Source: Alphaproteobacteria bacterium (lineage in GTDB: Bacteria; Pseudomonadota; Alphaproteobacteria; UBA828). Taken from it: DNA of 64,000 bases. The notes beneath the pieces were generated by a model, which made no database searches, was not told where the DNA came from, and saw nothing but the letters and a program-made list of their open reading frames with translations. Both the position numbers and the translations under genes were made by a program. Position 1 is the first letter of the stretch. Every line of letters begins with the position of its first letter. Positions 1-20,536 of the stretch are shown in pieces. The DNA is taken from NCBI GenBank assembly GCA_965237415.1, contig CBDEFM010000002.1, positions 2,464,001-2,528,000 of the forward strand, written 5' to 3'.

Positions 1-179
1 CCACTCGCGCTGTTGAAGGAGGGATCCACCGCCGAATAGGTGACCAGCGACGCCCCGATGATGACGGCGAGGCCGGCGAGCGCAAGCCCGGCGAGTTCGC
101 CCAAACGTCGGGCGAAGAATGTCCCCGAGCCCGAAGGCAGGAGTGGCGTGCGCCCGTCGCGTGCGGTGTTTGCTACCAA
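1..179 (-). CDS. ftsK: DNA translocase FtsK, N-terminal fragment (runs off window start)
   Basis: Manual translation from TTG at 179 gives ...FFARRLGELAGLALAGLAVIIGASLVTYSAVDPSFNSASG, a TM helix followed by the TY.xxDPSF motif typical of the FtsK 4TM N-terminus. Start codon uncertain. Confidence 0.7.
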   Translation of the reverse strand, partial: MVANTARDGRTPLLPSGSGTFFARRLGELAGLALAGLAVIIGASLVTYSAVDPSFNSAS

Positions 180-235
180 CTGCAACCCCGGCGTGCGTGT
201 CCTACCGAATCGAACACCGCGTTACGTTACAGAGG

Positions 236-264
236 CTTATATAGTCCAGCTACGGGGAAGTCAA
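236..264 (-). promoter_or_regulatory. Sigma70-type promoter upstream of ftsK
   Basis: TTGACT (264-259), 17 nt spacer, TATAAG (241-236) in an AT-rich intergenic stretch. Confidence 0.6.
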
Positions 265-325
265 AACTACGAATTTGGACCAAACCGAGTACTAACAACC
301 CGGCACCTGCAATTGTGGCCTGTCG

Positions 326-754
326 CTAGAAGGAGACGCAGGCCCCCGTCACCACGCGCAGCACGCTCGATTGGCCGAAGGCGCGCTTGTACGCATCCGC
401 AATCTCACCCGTGCGCCGCATGGCGTTCTCGCCCGGCTGCGCGAGGACGAGCAATAGCTTGGTCCGCTCCCGCACGATCTCGCCCGAGCCGTCGCGCCAC
501 TGCCCCGCAGCATCAAGCACGGTGAGGCCATCGGGGAAGCGCGGCGTGACCTCGTCGGCAAGGAAGGTGCGCCACGCCTCCTCACTCACCACCTCGACAG
601 TTCTCTGGCTGCGCCCGAAGAAGAGCCTGTACTCGGCGAATTGCTCGGTGCCGGGCGGGCAGTACGGTTCGTCCGCACCGAGCGCCGGCGCGGCAGCAGA
701 GGCAAGAGCCGCCAGAGTCGCCGCAGCGACGAGACGGCTCAGCCTCGCGGTCAT
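326..754 (-). CDS. DUF3574-family secreted protein
   Basis: Signal peptide, then RLFFGRS...FLADEVTPRFPDGLTVLDAAGQWR...YKRAFGQSSVLRV pattern. Confidence 0.8.
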   Translation of the reverse strand: MTARLSRLVAAATLAALASAAAPALGADEPYCPPGTEQFAEYRLFFGRSQRTVEVVSEEAWRTFLADEVTPRFPDGLTVLDAAGQWRDGSGEIVRERTKLLLVLAQPGENAMRRTGEIADAYKRAFGQSSVLRVVTGACVSF

Positions 755-783
755 GGTACCTTCGCCCCGATGCGCTTGCGCGT

Positions 784-9400
<8,617 letters not shown>

Positions 9401-9598
9401 GATACCCCTCGGACTCTCGGCCCCGGCCGCGGCGTGGGCGCCGCGGCGGGCCGTGGGTTAGTCTTTACATGCGGCGCGGCGGCGCGCGCCGCGCGGCCGT
9501 GGCGGCGCGTGCTCGTGCCCGCTCGCGCCGCGGCGCGACGGCGGGACCGGTGTTACCCGGCACGTGCCCGGGCGTGCGCCGGCGATAGCCAATCGTCG

Positions 9599-9976
9599 CT
9601 ACTTGACCTCGACGGTCGCGCCGGCAGCTTCGAGCTGCTCCTTGATCTTGCTCGCGTCTTCCTTGGACACGTCTTCTTTGACCGCGTTCGGCACGCCCTC
9701 AACCAGCGCCTTGGCCTCCTTGAGGCCGAGGCCGGTGAGCGCGCGGACCTCCTTGATCACGTTGATCTTCTTTTCGCCGAATGACGTAAGGACCACGGTG
9801 AACTCGATCTGCTCCTCGGCCTCCTCGGCCGCGGGTGCTGCGCCGGGTGCAGCGGCGACGGCGACTGGGGCGGCCGCAGAGACCCCCCACCTTTCTTCGA
9901 GCATCTTGCTCAACTCCGAGGCCTCGATCACCGTCAGGGTCGAAAGCTCGTCTGCAATCTTGGCCAGATCAGCCAT
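9599..9976 (-). CDS. rplL: 50S ribosomal protein L7/L12
   Basis: [16 protein letters not shown]...[24 protein letters not shown]; start moved to ATG at 9976. Confidence 0.98.
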   Translation of the reverse strand: MADLAKIADELSTLTVIEASELSKMLEERWGVSAAAPVAVAAAPGAAPAAEEAEEQIEFTVVLTSFGEKKINVIKEVRALTGLGLKEAKALVEGVPNAVKEDVSKEDASKIKEQLEAAGATVEVK

Positions 9977-9995
9977 ATCGTCGATCTCCTGGGGG

Positions 9996-10562
9996 CTATT
10001 CCTGCTCTTCCTGGGGTGTTTCGTCGCCTGTCGGTGCGCTCCTGCTGTCAGTGTCTCCTTGTTCCGAATAAGCGTTGAGCACGCGCGCAAGCTGGCCGCC
10101 CGGCGCGCTAAGCACGGCGGCGATCTTGGTCGCCGGCGCGTTCAGCACGCCGATCAGCCGGGCGCGCAGCGCATCGAGCGAGGGCAGCTCGGCCAGCGAG
10201 CGGACTTCGCGCCGATCCAGCGCGGTGCCGCCGAGGGCGCCACCCACGATGATGAGTTTGTCGTTATTCTTGGCATAGGTCACCGCAACCTTCGCCGCGG
10301 CCACCGGATCGTCCGAATAGGCGATCGCGCTGGAACCCGAAAAGAGGTCCGCGAGCGGGGCGAAGGAGGTGCCCTCGACCGCGCGCTTCGCCAGCCGGTT
10401 CTTCGTCACCCGGAAGGTCGCGCCGGCCGCGCGCATCTGGCGCCTGAGATGGGAGGCCTCCGCCACCGAGAGCCCGCTGAACTGCGTGACAACGACGAGA
10501 TTCGTGCTCTCGAAGATGCCGCGCAGGGCTTCGACGATCTCTTCCTTCTTAAGCCGTTCCAC
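9996..10562 (-). CDS. rplJ: 50S ribosomal protein L10
   Basis: [23 protein letters not shown]; position between rplA and rplL; acidic C-terminal extension. Confidence 0.97.
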   Translation of the reverse strand: MERLKKEEIVEALRGIFESTNLVVVTQFSGLSVAEASHLRRQMRAAGATFRVTKNRLAKRAVEGTSFAPLADLFSGSSAIAYSDDPVAAAKVAVTYAKNNDKLIIVGGALGGTALDRREVRSLAELPSLDALRARLIGVLNAPATKIAAVLSAPGGQLARVLNAYSEQGDTDSRSAPTGDETPQEEQE

Positions 10563-10649
10563 GATTTCCTCCGGCTTCTCCCGCGGCCATGAGGCGCGAG
10601 CGCTCCGCTGCGCGCTGACGGTGCAGCCGCGAAATTCCTGCGCGGTCCG

Positions 10650-11360
10650 TCACGATGCCGCCAATTCCGCCTGCAGGGCGGCGACGTCGAGCTTCACGCC
10701 CGGCCCCTGGGAAGAGCTGAGCGCTGCCCGCATCATGTAGGTTCCCTTGGCGCCGCTCGGCTTCGCGCGGTTCAGCGCATCCACCAGCGCGCGCGCATTC
10801 TCGGCCAGCGCCCGCTCGTCAAAGCTCGCCTTGCCGATGCCGGCGTGGACGATGCCGGCCTTCTCGACCCGGAACTCGACCTGGCCGCCCTTGGCCGCGC
10901 GTACGGCCTCAGCCACGTCGGGCGTAACCGTGCCGAGCTTCGGGTTGGGCATGAGCCCGCGCGGCCCAAGAATGCGGCCGAGCTTGCCGACAACCGGCAT
11001 CATGTCCGGGGTTGCTATGCAGCGGTCGAATTCGATCTTGCCGCCTTGGACCTTGGCAGCAAGGTCCTCGTCGCCGACCATGTCGGCACCCGCTTCGCGC
11101 GCGGCATCGGCCTTGTCGCCCTTCGCAAAGACGGCGACACGAACCGTCTTGCCGGTGCCATGGGGCAGCGCCACGACGCCGCGCACCATCTGGTCCGCAT
11201 GGCGCGGGTCGACGCCGAGGCCGACGCTCATTTCGACGGTCTCGTCGAACTTCGCCTTGGCCCCCTGCTTCACCAGCGCGATCGCCTCGCCCAGCGCATA
11301 CGTCCTGTCGCGGTCGACCTGCTCCTTGGCCTGCCGCAGCCTTTTCCCGTCCTTCGCCAT
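10650..11360 (-). CDS. rplA: 50S ribosomal protein L1
   Basis: [22 protein letters not shown] motifs. Confidence 0.99.
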   Translation of the reverse strand: MAKDGKRLRQAKEQVDRDRTYALGEAIALVKQGAKAKFDETVEMSVGLGVDPRHADQMVRGVVALPHGTGKTVRVAVFAKGDKADAAREAGADMVGDEDLAAKVQGGKIEFDRCIATPDMMPVVGKLGRILGPRGLMPNPKLGTVTPDVAEAVRAAKGGQVEFRVEKAGIVHAGIGKASFDERALAENARALVDALNRAKPSGAKGTYMMRAALSSSQGPGVKLDVAALQAELAAS

Positions 11361-11365
11361 CGCTT

Positions 11366-11797
11366 CTAGCCCACCACCTGGATGCCGATCGATCGTGCCG
11401 ACCCTTCGATAATGCGGCAGGCGGCGTCCGTATCGTCGGCGTTGAGGTCCACCATCTTCTTCTCCGCGATCTCGCGAACTTGCGCGCGCGTCACCTGACC
11501 TATCGGGTCGATCCGGCCGACCGTCTCGGAGCCCTTGTCCACGCCCGCCGCCTTCTTGAGGAAGTAGCTGGCCGGCGGGCTCTTGGTCACGAACGAGAAG
11601 GTCCGGTCGTGATAGACCGAGATCACCGTCGGGATCGGCATCCCCTGCTCGAGGTTCTGGCTCTGGGCGTTGAAGGTCTTGCAGAACTCCATGATGTTGA
11701 GTCCTGCCTGACCCAGCGCCGGGCCGATCGGCGGCGACGGGTTGGCCTGCCCCGCCGGCACCTGCAGCTTGATCGTTCCCGTTACTCTCTTGGCCAT
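11366..11797 (-). CDS. rplK: 50S ribosomal protein L11
   Basis: [17 protein letters not shown] motif. Confidence 0.99.
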   Translation of the reverse strand: MAKRVTGTIKLQVPAGQANPSPPIGPALGQAGLNIMEFCKTFNAQSQNLEQGMPIPTVISVYHDRTFSFVTKSPPASYFLKKAAGVDKGSETVGRIDPIGQVTRAQVREIAEKKMVDLNADDTDAACRIIEGSARSIGIQVVG

Positions 11798-11815
11798 GTT
11801 ACTCCCGCCCCGCCG

Positions 11816-12394
11816 TCAGGCCTTCTCAACCTGGGCGTATTCCAGCTCGACCGGTGTCGCCCGGCCGAAAATCGATACCGCAACCTTGAGGCGCGCCCGC
11901 TCCTCGTCGATGTCTTCCACCAGCCCGCTGAACGAGGTGAAGGGGCCGTCGCAGACCCGCACGGTCTCGCCGATCTCGAAGATGACCGAGGGCTTCGGCC
12001 TCTCGACACCTTCCTTGACCTGCTTCAGAACGCGGTCCGCCTCGTCGTCGGTGATCGGCACCGGCTTGCCGCCGCTGCCAAGAAAACCGGTTACCTTCGG
12101 TGTGTTGTTGATCAGGTGCCAGGTCTCGTCGGTCATGCTCAGATGCGCGAGCACATAGCCGGGGAAGAACTTGCGCTCGGACTTGACCTTGGCGCCGCGC
12201 CGCATCTCCACGACTTCTTCCGACGGCACCATGACGTCCTCGATCAAATGGTCGAGGCCCTGCTGCCTGGCCTGTTCGCGGATCGACTGCGCCACCTTCT
12301 TCTCAAAGCCCGAATAGACGTGGACGATGTACCAGCGCCGCGCCGGCCCATGGGCCTCGGCCATCGCCGTATCCGCCGCTGATATATCCGTCAT
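11816..12394 (-). CDS. nusG: Transcription termination/antitermination factor NusG
   Basis: WYIVHVYSGFE, FFPGYVL, C-terminal KOW domain (GPF...IFGRATPVEL); ATG overlaps the secE stop. Confidence 0.98.
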   Translation of the reverse strand: MTDISAADTAMAEAHGPARRWYIVHVYSGFEKKVAQSIREQARQQGLDHLIEDVMVPSEEVVEMRRGAKVKSERKFFPGYVLAHLSMTDETWHLINNTPKVTGFLGSGGKPVPITDDEADRVLKQVKEGVERPKPSVIFEIGETVRVCDGPFTSFSGLVEDIDEERARLKVAVSIFGRATPVELEYAQVEKA

Positions 12395-12588
12395 CCGCCG
12401 ATCCCCAGGATCGCCCGCACCCCGATCGACAGCACCTGATCGATCAGGAAGAAGAAGATCGCCATGATGATCACCATGATCAGCACCATGATAGTGCTGA
12501 TGATCGTCTCCTTGCGCGTGGGCCACGTGACCTTGCCGATCTCCTGGCGCGCCTGACGCAAAAACTCGAGCGGCGGCGTGCGAGCCAT
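12391..12588 (-). CDS. secE: Preprotein translocase SecE
   Basis: EIGKVTWPTRKET motif plus a single TM helix; lies between tRNA-Trp and nusG. Confidence 0.96.
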   Translation of the reverse strand: MARTPPLEFLRQARQEIGKVTWPTRKETIISTIMVLIMVIIMAIFFFLIDQVLSIGVRAILGIGG

Positions 12589-12616
12589 GGTCAGCACGCG
12601 CCCCGACCCGTGCGCA

Positions 12617-12692
12617 TGGCAGGAGTGGAGGGTCTCGAACCCCCAACCTCCGGTTTTGGAGACCGGCGCTCTACCAATTGAGCTACACTCCT
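12617..12692 (-). tRNA. tRNA-Trp (CCA)
   Basis: Cloverleaf AGGAGTG..., anticodon loop CTCCAAA, GTTCGA T-loop, 3' CCA. Confidence 0.97.
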
Positions 12693-12721
12693 ACTCCGTT
12701 TGCGCGCCGCGACCGCCATTT

Positions 12722-13917
<1,196 letters not shown>

Positions 13918-14009
13918 CGGTGCCTATTCCTCGGCCGCTGCGTTGCCGCGGCGGCTTTAAAGAGTCGTCACAAGCCGCGCACCGTTGCTTCGGTGCCGGC
14001 CGAATGCTC

Positions 14010-14083
14010 TGGAGCGGGTGATGGGAATCGAACCCACGTGACCAGCTTGGAAGGCTGGGGCTCTACCATTGAGCTACACCCGC
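14010..14083 (-). tRNA. tRNA-Gly (TCC)
   Basis: GCGGGTG acceptor stem, anticodon loop CTTCCAA, 3' CCA. Confidence 0.97.
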
Positions 14084-14133
14084 TCACCCTGAGTCCCCCG
14101 CGCCCATCACCGCGCGCGCGTATCGCGCCCGTG

Positions 14134-14219
14134 TGGTGGAGGGGGTAGGATTCGAACCTACGTAGACATACGTCGGCAGATTTACAGTCTGCTGCCTTTA
14201 ACCACTCGGCCACCCCTCC
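14134..14219 (-). tRNA. tRNA-Tyr (GTA)
   Basis: GGAGGGG acceptor stem, anticodon loop CTGTAAA, long variable arm, 3' CCA. Confidence 0.97.
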
Positions 14220-14256
14220 GCGCCGAGGAGGACGCGCCCGGGACTCGGACGGGCGC

Positions 14257-14284
14257 ACTATGGACATCCGCGTTCGATTGTCAA
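14257..14284 (-). promoter_or_regulatory. Putative promoter of the tRNA-Tyr/Gly-tuf operon
   Basis: TTGACA (14284-14279), 16 nt spacer, CATAGT. Confidence 0.55.
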
Positions 14285-14416
14285 CGCCCAAAGGAGCTCT
14301 CCGTGACGGCCCATCACACCGTCGCGCCGCCGCGGCGGCTGCGTCAGCGCGCGCCGGGCGGCCCGTATGCCGGGGCGTCTCGCAAAAGGGATGGAAGTCT
14401 TATAATAGGGTGCGTC

Positions 14417-15253
14417 ATGGCACGCAACAGTTCTCGCCGCCCGCGCGAGCGAACGGCCGGGCGCCGGCGCACGCATCAGGAGCAGCGCACCCAGGCGCGG
14501 CCCCGCCATGAGCGGCTCTATGGCGCCCATGCGGTGGCCGCCGCGCTCGCCAATCCGATCCGCCGCTGCCATCGGCTGATCGCGACGGAGGAGGGCGCGG
14601 CGCTGCTCGCCGAGCGCGTCGACGCCCGCGCGCTGCCCCTTGCCGCCCGCGGCCTACTCGATGCGCCGCAGATCGCCTCCCGCCAGGACGTCGCCGCCCT
14701 GCTGTCGGATGGCGCCGTGCATCAGGGTATCGTGCTGGAGACGGCGCCGCTGCCGGCGGTCGATCTCGCGTCGGCCTGCGGCGGGCTGGCGCAGGGAGAG
14801 GGCGGAGCGCGGACCGTGGTCGTCCTCGATCAGGTGACGGATCCGCACAATGTCGGCGCGATCCTGCGCTCGGCGGCGGCCTTCGCAGTTGCCGCCGTCG
14901 TCGTTCAGGACCGGCACTCTCCGCAGGGCGCCGGCGCGCTCGCCAAGGCCGCCTCCGGCGCGTTGGAGACGGTGCCGCTCGCCCGCGTCGTCAACATCGC
15001 GCGCGCCCTCATCGTGCTCAAGGAGCTCGGCTACTGGTGTCTCGGCCTCGACCAGAACGCGGCCGAGCCCATCGAGGCCGTCGCCGTGAGGGCGCCGCTC
15101 GCGCTCGTGCTCGGTGCCGAAGGCCAGGGCATGCGCCGGTTGACCCGCGAGCGCTGCGACCTGACCGCCAGAATTCCCATGCCGGGCTCGATGGCGAGCC
15201 TCAACGTCTCCAACGCTGCCGCCATCGCCCTCTACGAGGTCGCACGGCGATGA
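14417..15253 (+). CDS. rlmB: 23S rRNA (guanosine-2'-O)-methyltransferase, TrmH/SpoU family
   Basis: HQGIVL, VTDPHNVGAILRSA, GAEGQG, SLNVSNA motifs; divergent from tRNA-Tyr as is usual in alphaproteobacteria. Confidence 0.93.
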   Translation: MARNSSRRPRERTAGRRRTHQEQRTQARPRHERLYGAHAVAAALANPIRRCHRLIATEEGAALLAERVDARALPLAARGLLDAPQIASRQDVAALLSDGAVHQGIVLETAPLPAVDLASACGGLAQGEGGARTVVVLDQVTDPHNVGAILRSAAAFAVAAVVVQDRHSPQGAGALAKAASGALETVPLARVVNIARALIVLKELGYWCLGLDQNAAEPIEAVAVRAPLALVLGAEGQGMRRLTRERCDLTARIPMPGSMASLNVSNAAAIALYEVARR

Positions 15254-15373
15254 GCGGAGCGACGAACAGGGCGCCTCGTGCGCGGCGGCGGAGCGCAGCG
15301 TGCTTGACTCGGCCCGCGGGCCGCGCTTGAAAGCGGACCCTCCGTGATCGCGTGCGCCTGCAGCGGCCTATCG

Positions 15374-15446
15374 GCCGGCGTAGCTCAACTGGTAGAGCAC
15401 TTGATTTGTAATCAAGGGGTTGCGGGTTCGAGTCCTGCCGCCGGCA
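15374..15446 (+). tRNA. tRNA-Thr (TGT)
   Basis: GCCGGCG acceptor stem, anticodon loop TTTGTAA, GTTCGAG T-loop; followed by CCG rather than an encoded CCA. Confidence 0.95.
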
Positions 15447-15495
15447 CCGCTCGATCCGGGGTGCGAACGGGCACCGCCGGGGTATAGGGCGCACC

Positions 15496-16719
15496 ATGGT
15501 CACCACCGCCGCCCTGATCGTCGCCGCCGGGCGCGGCCACCGGGTCGGTGGGCCGCTGCCCAAGCAGTACCGCCAGCTCGCGGGGCGCACGGTGCTCGGC
15601 CACAGCGTGCGGCGGTTCACGATGCACCCGGGCATCGATTCCGTGCGGGTGGTGATCAACCCCGCCGACCGGCCGCTCTACGACGACGCGGTGCAGGGGA
15701 GCGCAGGCCCGGAGGCCGGCAAGCTGCTGGCACCGGTCGCCGGCGGCGAGACGCGGCAGGAGTCGGTGCGGAACGGCCTCGAAAGCCTTTCTGACGCCCC
15801 ACCCGACCTGGTCTTGATCCATGACGGCGCCCGCCCGCTGGTGCCGGACGCCGTGATCGAGGGCGCGCTCAATGCGCTCGCCGGCCACGACGGCGCGCTC
15901 CCCGCGCTTGCGGTGAGCGACAGCCTCAAACGGGCGGCGCCGGGTAGCGACGTGATCGCAGGCGCGGTGCCGCGCGAGGGCCTCTGGCGCGCCCAGACCC
16001 CGCAAGGCTTCCGCTATCACGCAATTCTCGACGCCCACCGCGCCGCGGCCGGCGGTGCGCTGACAGACGACGCTGCGGTGGCGGAGCATGCCGGGCTGGC
16101 CGTCGCGCTCACGACCGGCGACGAGGACAACCTCAAGATCACCACCGAGCAGGATTTTTCGCGCGCCGAGCGCATCCTGGCGGCGCAGGGCGAGAGCGCC
16201 GTCGCGCCTGCCATCGCCCTGGAGACCCGCGTCGGCATGGGCTTCGATGTCCATCGCTTCGGCCCCGGCGATCACCTCATGCTGGGCGGCGTGGCGGTGC
16301 CGCACGAGCAGGGTGTGGTCAGTCATTCCGACGGCGACGTGGTGCTCCATGCCGTCGTCGATGCTGTGCTGGGCGCGATGGCGGCGGGCGATATCGGCAC
16401 TCACTTCCCGCCCTCCGACGAAACCTGGCGGGACGCCGATTCCGCGCGCTTCGTGGCGCACACCCTGGCGTTGCTAGAGGAACGGGGCGGTCAACTCAGC
16501 CATGTCGATGTCACGGTCATCTGCCAGCGGCCCAGGATCGGCCCCCATCGCCCCGCCATGGTGGCGAGGCTCGCCGCCGTTCTCGGCCTCGTACCCGCCC
16601 GCATCAGCCTGAAGGCAACGACCACCGAGCGCCTCGGCTTCACCGGGCGGGGCGAAGGTATCGCCGCGCAGGCGGTCGCTACGGTCCGCTTGCCTGCCGA
16701 GGGCAGCGATGACGGCTGA
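15496..16719 (+). CDS. ispDF: Bifunctional IspD/IspF (MEP pathway)
   Basis: AAGRG.R...PKQY, IHDGARP, AQTPQGF (IspD); GFDVH, HSDGDV, GDIG (IspF). Confidence 0.96.
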   Translation: MVTTAALIVAAGRGHRVGGPLPKQYRQLAGRTVLGHSVRRFTMHPGIDSVRVVINPADRPLYDDAVQGSAGPEAGKLLAPVAGGETRQESVRNGLESLSDAPPDLVLIHDGARPLVPDAVIEGALNALAGHDGALPALAVSDSLKRAAPGSDVIAGAVPREGLWRAQTPQGFRYHAILDAHRAAAGGALTDDAAVAEHAGLAVALTTGDEDNLKITTEQDFSRAERILAAQGESAVAPAIALETRVGMGFDVHRFGPGDHLMLGGVAVPHEQGVVSHSDGDVVLHAVVDAVLGAMAAGDIGTHFPPSDETWRDADSARFVAHTLALLEERGGQLSHVDVTVICQRPRIGPHRPAMVARLAAVLGLVPARISLKATTTERLGFTGRGEGIAAQAVATVRLPAEGSDDG

Positions 16720-17194
16720 GGCGGGGCCGGCCCGCCTCGACCTCCGAGACCCGGCGACCCTGGTCGCGACCTGGTTTGGCACCGGGCTTGCACGTTGGGC
16801 GCCGGGAACGGCAGCCTCTGCGCTGGCGCTGCCCGCCGCGTGGCTGCTGAGGAGCTACACCGGTGTGCTCGGCCTTGCGATCGCCGCGCTCGTCCTCTCC
16901 GCGATCGGCGTCTGGGCGGCTGCGGCCTGCGAGCGACGCGCCGGGGTTCGCGATTCGCCCGCCATCGTGATCGACGAGGTGGCCGGTCAATGGATCGCCC
17001 TCCTGCTGGTGCCGGCGGATCCGGTTGCCTACGGCATGGGGTTCGTTCTGTTCCGCCTGTTCGACGTGGCAAAGCCGTGGCCGATCGGCCTGATCGACCG
17101 GCACGTGAAGGGCGGCTTCGGCGTGATGCTGGACGACGTCGTCGCCGGCGGCTTCGCGGCGCTCGTGCTCTGGAATATATGGGTATGGCTGTGA
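16709..17194 (+). CDS. pgpA: Phosphatidylglycerophosphatase A
   Basis: [32 protein letters not shown] motifs. Confidence 0.95.
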   Translation: MTAEAGPARLDLRDPATLVATWFGTGLARWAPGTAASALALPAAWLLRSYTGVLGLAIAALVLSAIGVWAAAACERRAGVRDSPAIVIDEVAGQWIALLLVPADPVAYGMGFVLFRLFDVAKPWPIGLIDRHVKGGFGVMLDDVVAGGFAALVLWNIWVWL

Positions 17195-17691
17195 CCTTCC
17201 CCGATGCTGTGAACGAGCGGGCGGAGCGACTCCTCGCGCTCTGCCGCGCGGGGGGCTTGCGCGTCGCCACCGCGGAATCCTGCACCGGCGGGCTGATTGC
17301 CGCCTGTCTGACGGAGGTCGCCGGGTCCTCCGATGTCGTGGATCGCGGCTTCGTGACCTATTCCAACGAGGCCAAGCACGATCTGCTAGGTGTGCCCGAC
17401 GAGCTCTTGATACGCGTGGGCGCAGTCAGCGAAGAAGTGGCACGGGCGATGGCGGAAGGCGCGCTCGAACGCTCTGACGCCGATCTTGCGGTCGCGGTGA
17501 CGGGAATCGCCGGCCCGGGCGGCGGAACGGCCACCAAGCCGGTCGGCCTGGTGCATCATGCCTGCGCGGGGCCGGGCGGCGCGATCTTTCACCGGCGCGT
17601 GGTCTATCCGGGTGATCGCGGCACGGTTCGCCTTGCAACCGTCGAGACCGCGCTCGACATGCTGATCGACGGTGCTGAACGGAGGACATAG
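17191..17691 (+). CDS. cinA: CinA C-terminal domain protein (nicotinamide-nucleotide amidohydrolase PncC-like)
   Basis: [31 protein letters not shown]; GTG start overlaps the pgpA stop. Confidence 0.92.
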   Translation: MTFPDAVNERAERLLALCRAGGLRVATAESCTGGLIAACLTEVAGSSDVVDRGFVTYSNEAKHDLLGVPDELLIRVGAVSEEVARAMAEGALERSDADLAVAVTGIAGPGGGTATKPVGLVHHACAGPGGAIFHRRVVYPGDRGTVRLATVETALDMLIDGAERRT

Positions 17692-18871
17692 CGCCCTGGC
17701 GGCGACCGGAACGACCGACCCCAAGCAAGCGCGGGACGCGATCCTTGCCCAGGCACGCGCGCTTGGGTTCCAGGCGGTGGGCGTGGCGAGCGCCGAAGGC
17801 GTGCCGGGGGACGGGGCTGCGCTCCAGGAGTTCATTGGGCTCGGCTATGCCGGGGACATGAGTTGGCTGCCGGGCACCGCCGAGAGGCGCGCGGCCCCCC
17901 GCGCGCTCTGGCCCGAGGCCCGCAGCGTCGTGGTGGTCGGCATCAACTATGGCCCGGCACACGATCCGCTGCGTCTGCTGGATGTGCCGACGCGGGGCAT
18001 CGTTTCGGCCTATGCCCAGGGCCGCGACTACCACGACGTGATCAAGGGCAGGCTCCGGCGCCTCGCACGCTTCGTCGTCGATACCTTCGGCGCCGAGGTG
18101 AAGCTCTTCGTGGACACGGCGCCGGTGATGGAGAAGCCGCTGGCGGCGCGGGCCGGCATCGGCTGGCAGGGCAAGCACACCAACCTCGTCTCCCGCCAGC
18201 ACGGCTCGTGGCTCTTTCTCGGCGAACTGTTTACGACCCTCGATATCGCGCCCGACGAGGGCGAGGACGACCATTGCGGCTCCTGCCGCCAGTGTCTGGA
18301 TGTCTGCCCGACCGACGCCTTCCCCGCGCCCTACCGGCTCGATGCCAGGCGCTGCATCTCGTACCTCACCATCGAGCACAAGGGCCACATCGCGCCCGAA
18401 TATCGCGAGGCCATGGGCAACAGGATCTATGGCTGCGACGACTGCCTGGCGGTCTGCCCGTGGAACAAGTTCGCACGCCGCACCGAGGACTATGCCTTCC
18501 TGCCCCGCGCCGAACTGACGGCGCCGAGGCTCGCCGATCTCGCAGCGCTGGACGACAAGACCTTCAGAACGGTCTTCTCCGGCAGCCCGATCAAGCGGGT
18601 CGGGCGCGACCGCTTCGTGCGCAACGTGTTGATCGCCATAGGCAATTGCGGAGACGCCACTGTCTTGCCGGTGGCCAAGCGGCTGCTCGGCGACCGCTCC
18701 CCGCTGGTGCGTGCCATGGCGGTCTGGGCGTCGCGGCGGCTCGCGTCCCCGGCCGCCTTCGCCGCACTCCGCGCCCGCCACGAACCCGGAGAGCATGACT
18801 CTGCTGTACTGACCGAATGGCACAGGGAAGCCGAACCGGGCGTCTCGACCGGTGCGACCGGCCGCGCGTGA
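17672..18871 (+). CDS. queG: Epoxyqueuosine reductase
   Basis: [50 protein letters not shown]. Confidence 0.95.
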   Translation: MLNGGHSALAATGTTDPKQARDAILAQARALGFQAVGVASAEGVPGDGAALQEFIGLGYAGDMSWLPGTAERRAAPRALWPEARSVVVVGINYGPAHDPLRLLDVPTRGIVSAYAQGRDYHDVIKGRLRRLARFVVDTFGAEVKLFVDTAPVMEKPLAARAGIGWQGKHTNLVSRQHGSWLFLGELFTTLDIAPDEGEDDHCGSCRQCLDVCPTDAFPAPYRLDARRCISYLTIEHKGHIAPEYREAMGNRIYGCDDCLAVCPWNKFARRTEDYAFLPRAELTAPRLADLAALDDKTFRTVFSGSPIKRVGRDRFVRNVLIAIGNCGDATVLPVAKRLLGDRSPLVRAMAVWASRRLASPAAFAALRARHEPGEHDSAVLTEWHREAEPGVSTGATGRA

Positions 18872-19758
18872 TCATGCCCGGCAAGCGGCTCTTCTGCTTC
18901 GGCTACGGGTTCTGCGCCTCCGCCCTGGGCGCGCTGCTCGGCCCCGCCGGCTGGTCGCTCGCGGGCACGTGCCGGACACCCGCAGGCTGTCGTGCGCTTA
19001 AGGGCTCAGGCGTCGATGCCGTCCCCTTCTCGCGGGAGGCGCCGCTCGCCGACGCGGCACGGTGCCTGGCGGGCGCGACCCACATCCTCCTCTCGATTCC
19101 GCCCGATGGGGAGGACGATCCGGTCCTCGACCGCCACGGCGCGGACATCGCCGCCCTAGAGGGCTTAGAGTGGATCGGCTATCTCTCGACCACCGGGGTC
19201 TACGGCGATACCGGCGGCGCCTGGGTGGACGAGAGCGCGACACCGGCCCCCACCGGCGTGCGGGGCAGACGCAGGCTTGCGGCAGAGAAGGGCTGGCTTG
19301 CCTTCGGCGAGCGGCACGGCCTCGCCGTGCACGTCTTCCGCCTGGCAGGGATTTACGGACCCGGACGCAACGCGCTCGCCACCGTGCGACGCGGCGAGGC
19401 CAAGCGCATCGATAAGCCAGACCGGGTCTTCTCGCGCATCCACGTGGCTGACGTCGCGCAGGTGCTGGCCGCCTCCATCGCCCGGCCGAAGGCAGGTGCC
19501 ATATATAATGCGTGCGACGACGAGCCGGCACCGGCGGCGGATGTCGTCGCACACGCCTGCGCCCTGTTGGGCGTCCCGCCGCCGCCGCTCACAGCGTTGG
19601 ACGCCGCCGACCTCACCCCGATGGCGCGGAGCTTCTACGCCGACAACCGAAGAGTTTCCAACGCCCGCATCAAGACCGAGCTCGGCGTCGCGCTGCGCTT
19701 CCCCGACTATCGAGCGGGACTCGCCGGCCTGCTCGCCGAAGAAGCCGACGCCTCTTAG
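18868..19758 (+). CDS. NAD-dependent epimerase/dehydratase (atypical SDR)
   Basis: FGYGF glycine-rich loop, YLSTTGVYGD, RLAGIYGPGR, RIHVAD. Confidence 0.88.
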   Translation: MIMPGKRLFCFGYGFCASALGALLGPAGWSLAGTCRTPAGCRALKGSGVDAVPFSREAPLADAARCLAGATHILLSIPPDGEDDPVLDRHGADIAALEGLEWIGYLSTTGVYGDTGGAWVDESATPAPTGVRGRRRLAAEKGWLAFGERHGLAVHVFRLAGIYGPGRNALATVRRGEAKRIDKPDRVFSRIHVADVAQVLAASIARPKAGAIYNACDDEPAPAADVVAHACALLGVPPPPLTALDAADLTPMARSFYADNRRVSNARIKTELGVALRFPDYRAGLAGLLAEEADAS

Positions 19759-20495
19759 CCGACGGCGGCGAGACCGGGGAAGGCCTCGAGCAGCCAGAAC
19801 GCGACGGAACTGAGATACCCGGTGATGAGCGCGACCCCCATCGCCACCAGGATGACGCCCGCGCCGATCTGAAGTGGTCTGCTGATTTTCCGGATGCGCC
19901 TCATATGGCGCAGGAAGGCGCCGGTGAACGCAGCCGCGATCAGGAACGGGACGCCGAGCCCCAGCGAATAGACCGCCAGCAGCGCGACGCCGCGGCCGAC
20001 ATCGGCGGAGGTCGCGGTGAGCGTTAGGATGCCGCCCAGCACCGGGCCGATGCAAGGCGTCCAGCCGAACGCGAAGGCCGTACCCAGCAGGTACGCGCTC
20101 GCCGGCCGGCCGCCCGCGAAACGGCCGGCAAAGCGCATCTCGCGCTCGAAGAACGGAACCCTGATCAGGCCGGTGAGGTAGATGCCGAAGACGATGATCA
20201 CTCCGCCCGCGACATATTCGAAGATCGTCTTGTGTTGGAGCAGGAAACCGCCCACCGCGCTTGCGCTCGCACCGAGTGCGACGAACACGGTCGTGAAGCC
20301 GAGGACGAAGAACGCGCTCAGCATCAGCGCGGCGAGGCGCCGGCGGGAGAGCCCCTCGTCGTCTCGCAACTCCTCCAGGGAGCCCCCGGCGACATAGGAG
20401 ACGTAACCCGGCACCAGGGGCAGGACGCAGGGGGAGAGGAAGGAAATCAGCCCGGCCGCGAAGGCTGAGGCGATGCCGATGGCGGAGAGTTCCAT
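19755..20495 (-). CDS. ccdA: Cytochrome c biogenesis protein CcdA
   Basis: SFLSPCVLPLVPGY and FGWTPCIGP motifs; multiple TM helices. Confidence 0.93.
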   Translation of the reverse strand: MELSAIGIASAFAAGLISFLSPCVLPLVPGYVSYVAGGSLEELRDDEGLSRRRLAALMLSAFFVLGFTTVFVALGASASAVGGFLLQHKTIFEYVAGGVIIVFGIYLTGLIRVPFFEREMRFAGRFAGGRPASAYLLGTAFAFGWTPCIGPVLGGILTLTATSADVGRGVALLAVYSLGLGVPFLIAAAFTGAFLRHMRRIRKISRPLQIGAGVILVAMGVALITGYLSSVAFWLLEAFPGLAAVG

Positions 20496-20536
20496 GGCTG
20501 GTCAGCCGGTGGCCGACGCGTCCCCGGTCCGCGCCG

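Noticed and set aside
15374-15495. Genomic island integrated at tRNA-Thr
   Set aside because: It is followed directly by housekeeping ispDF; no integrase or duplicated tRNA 3' end was found.
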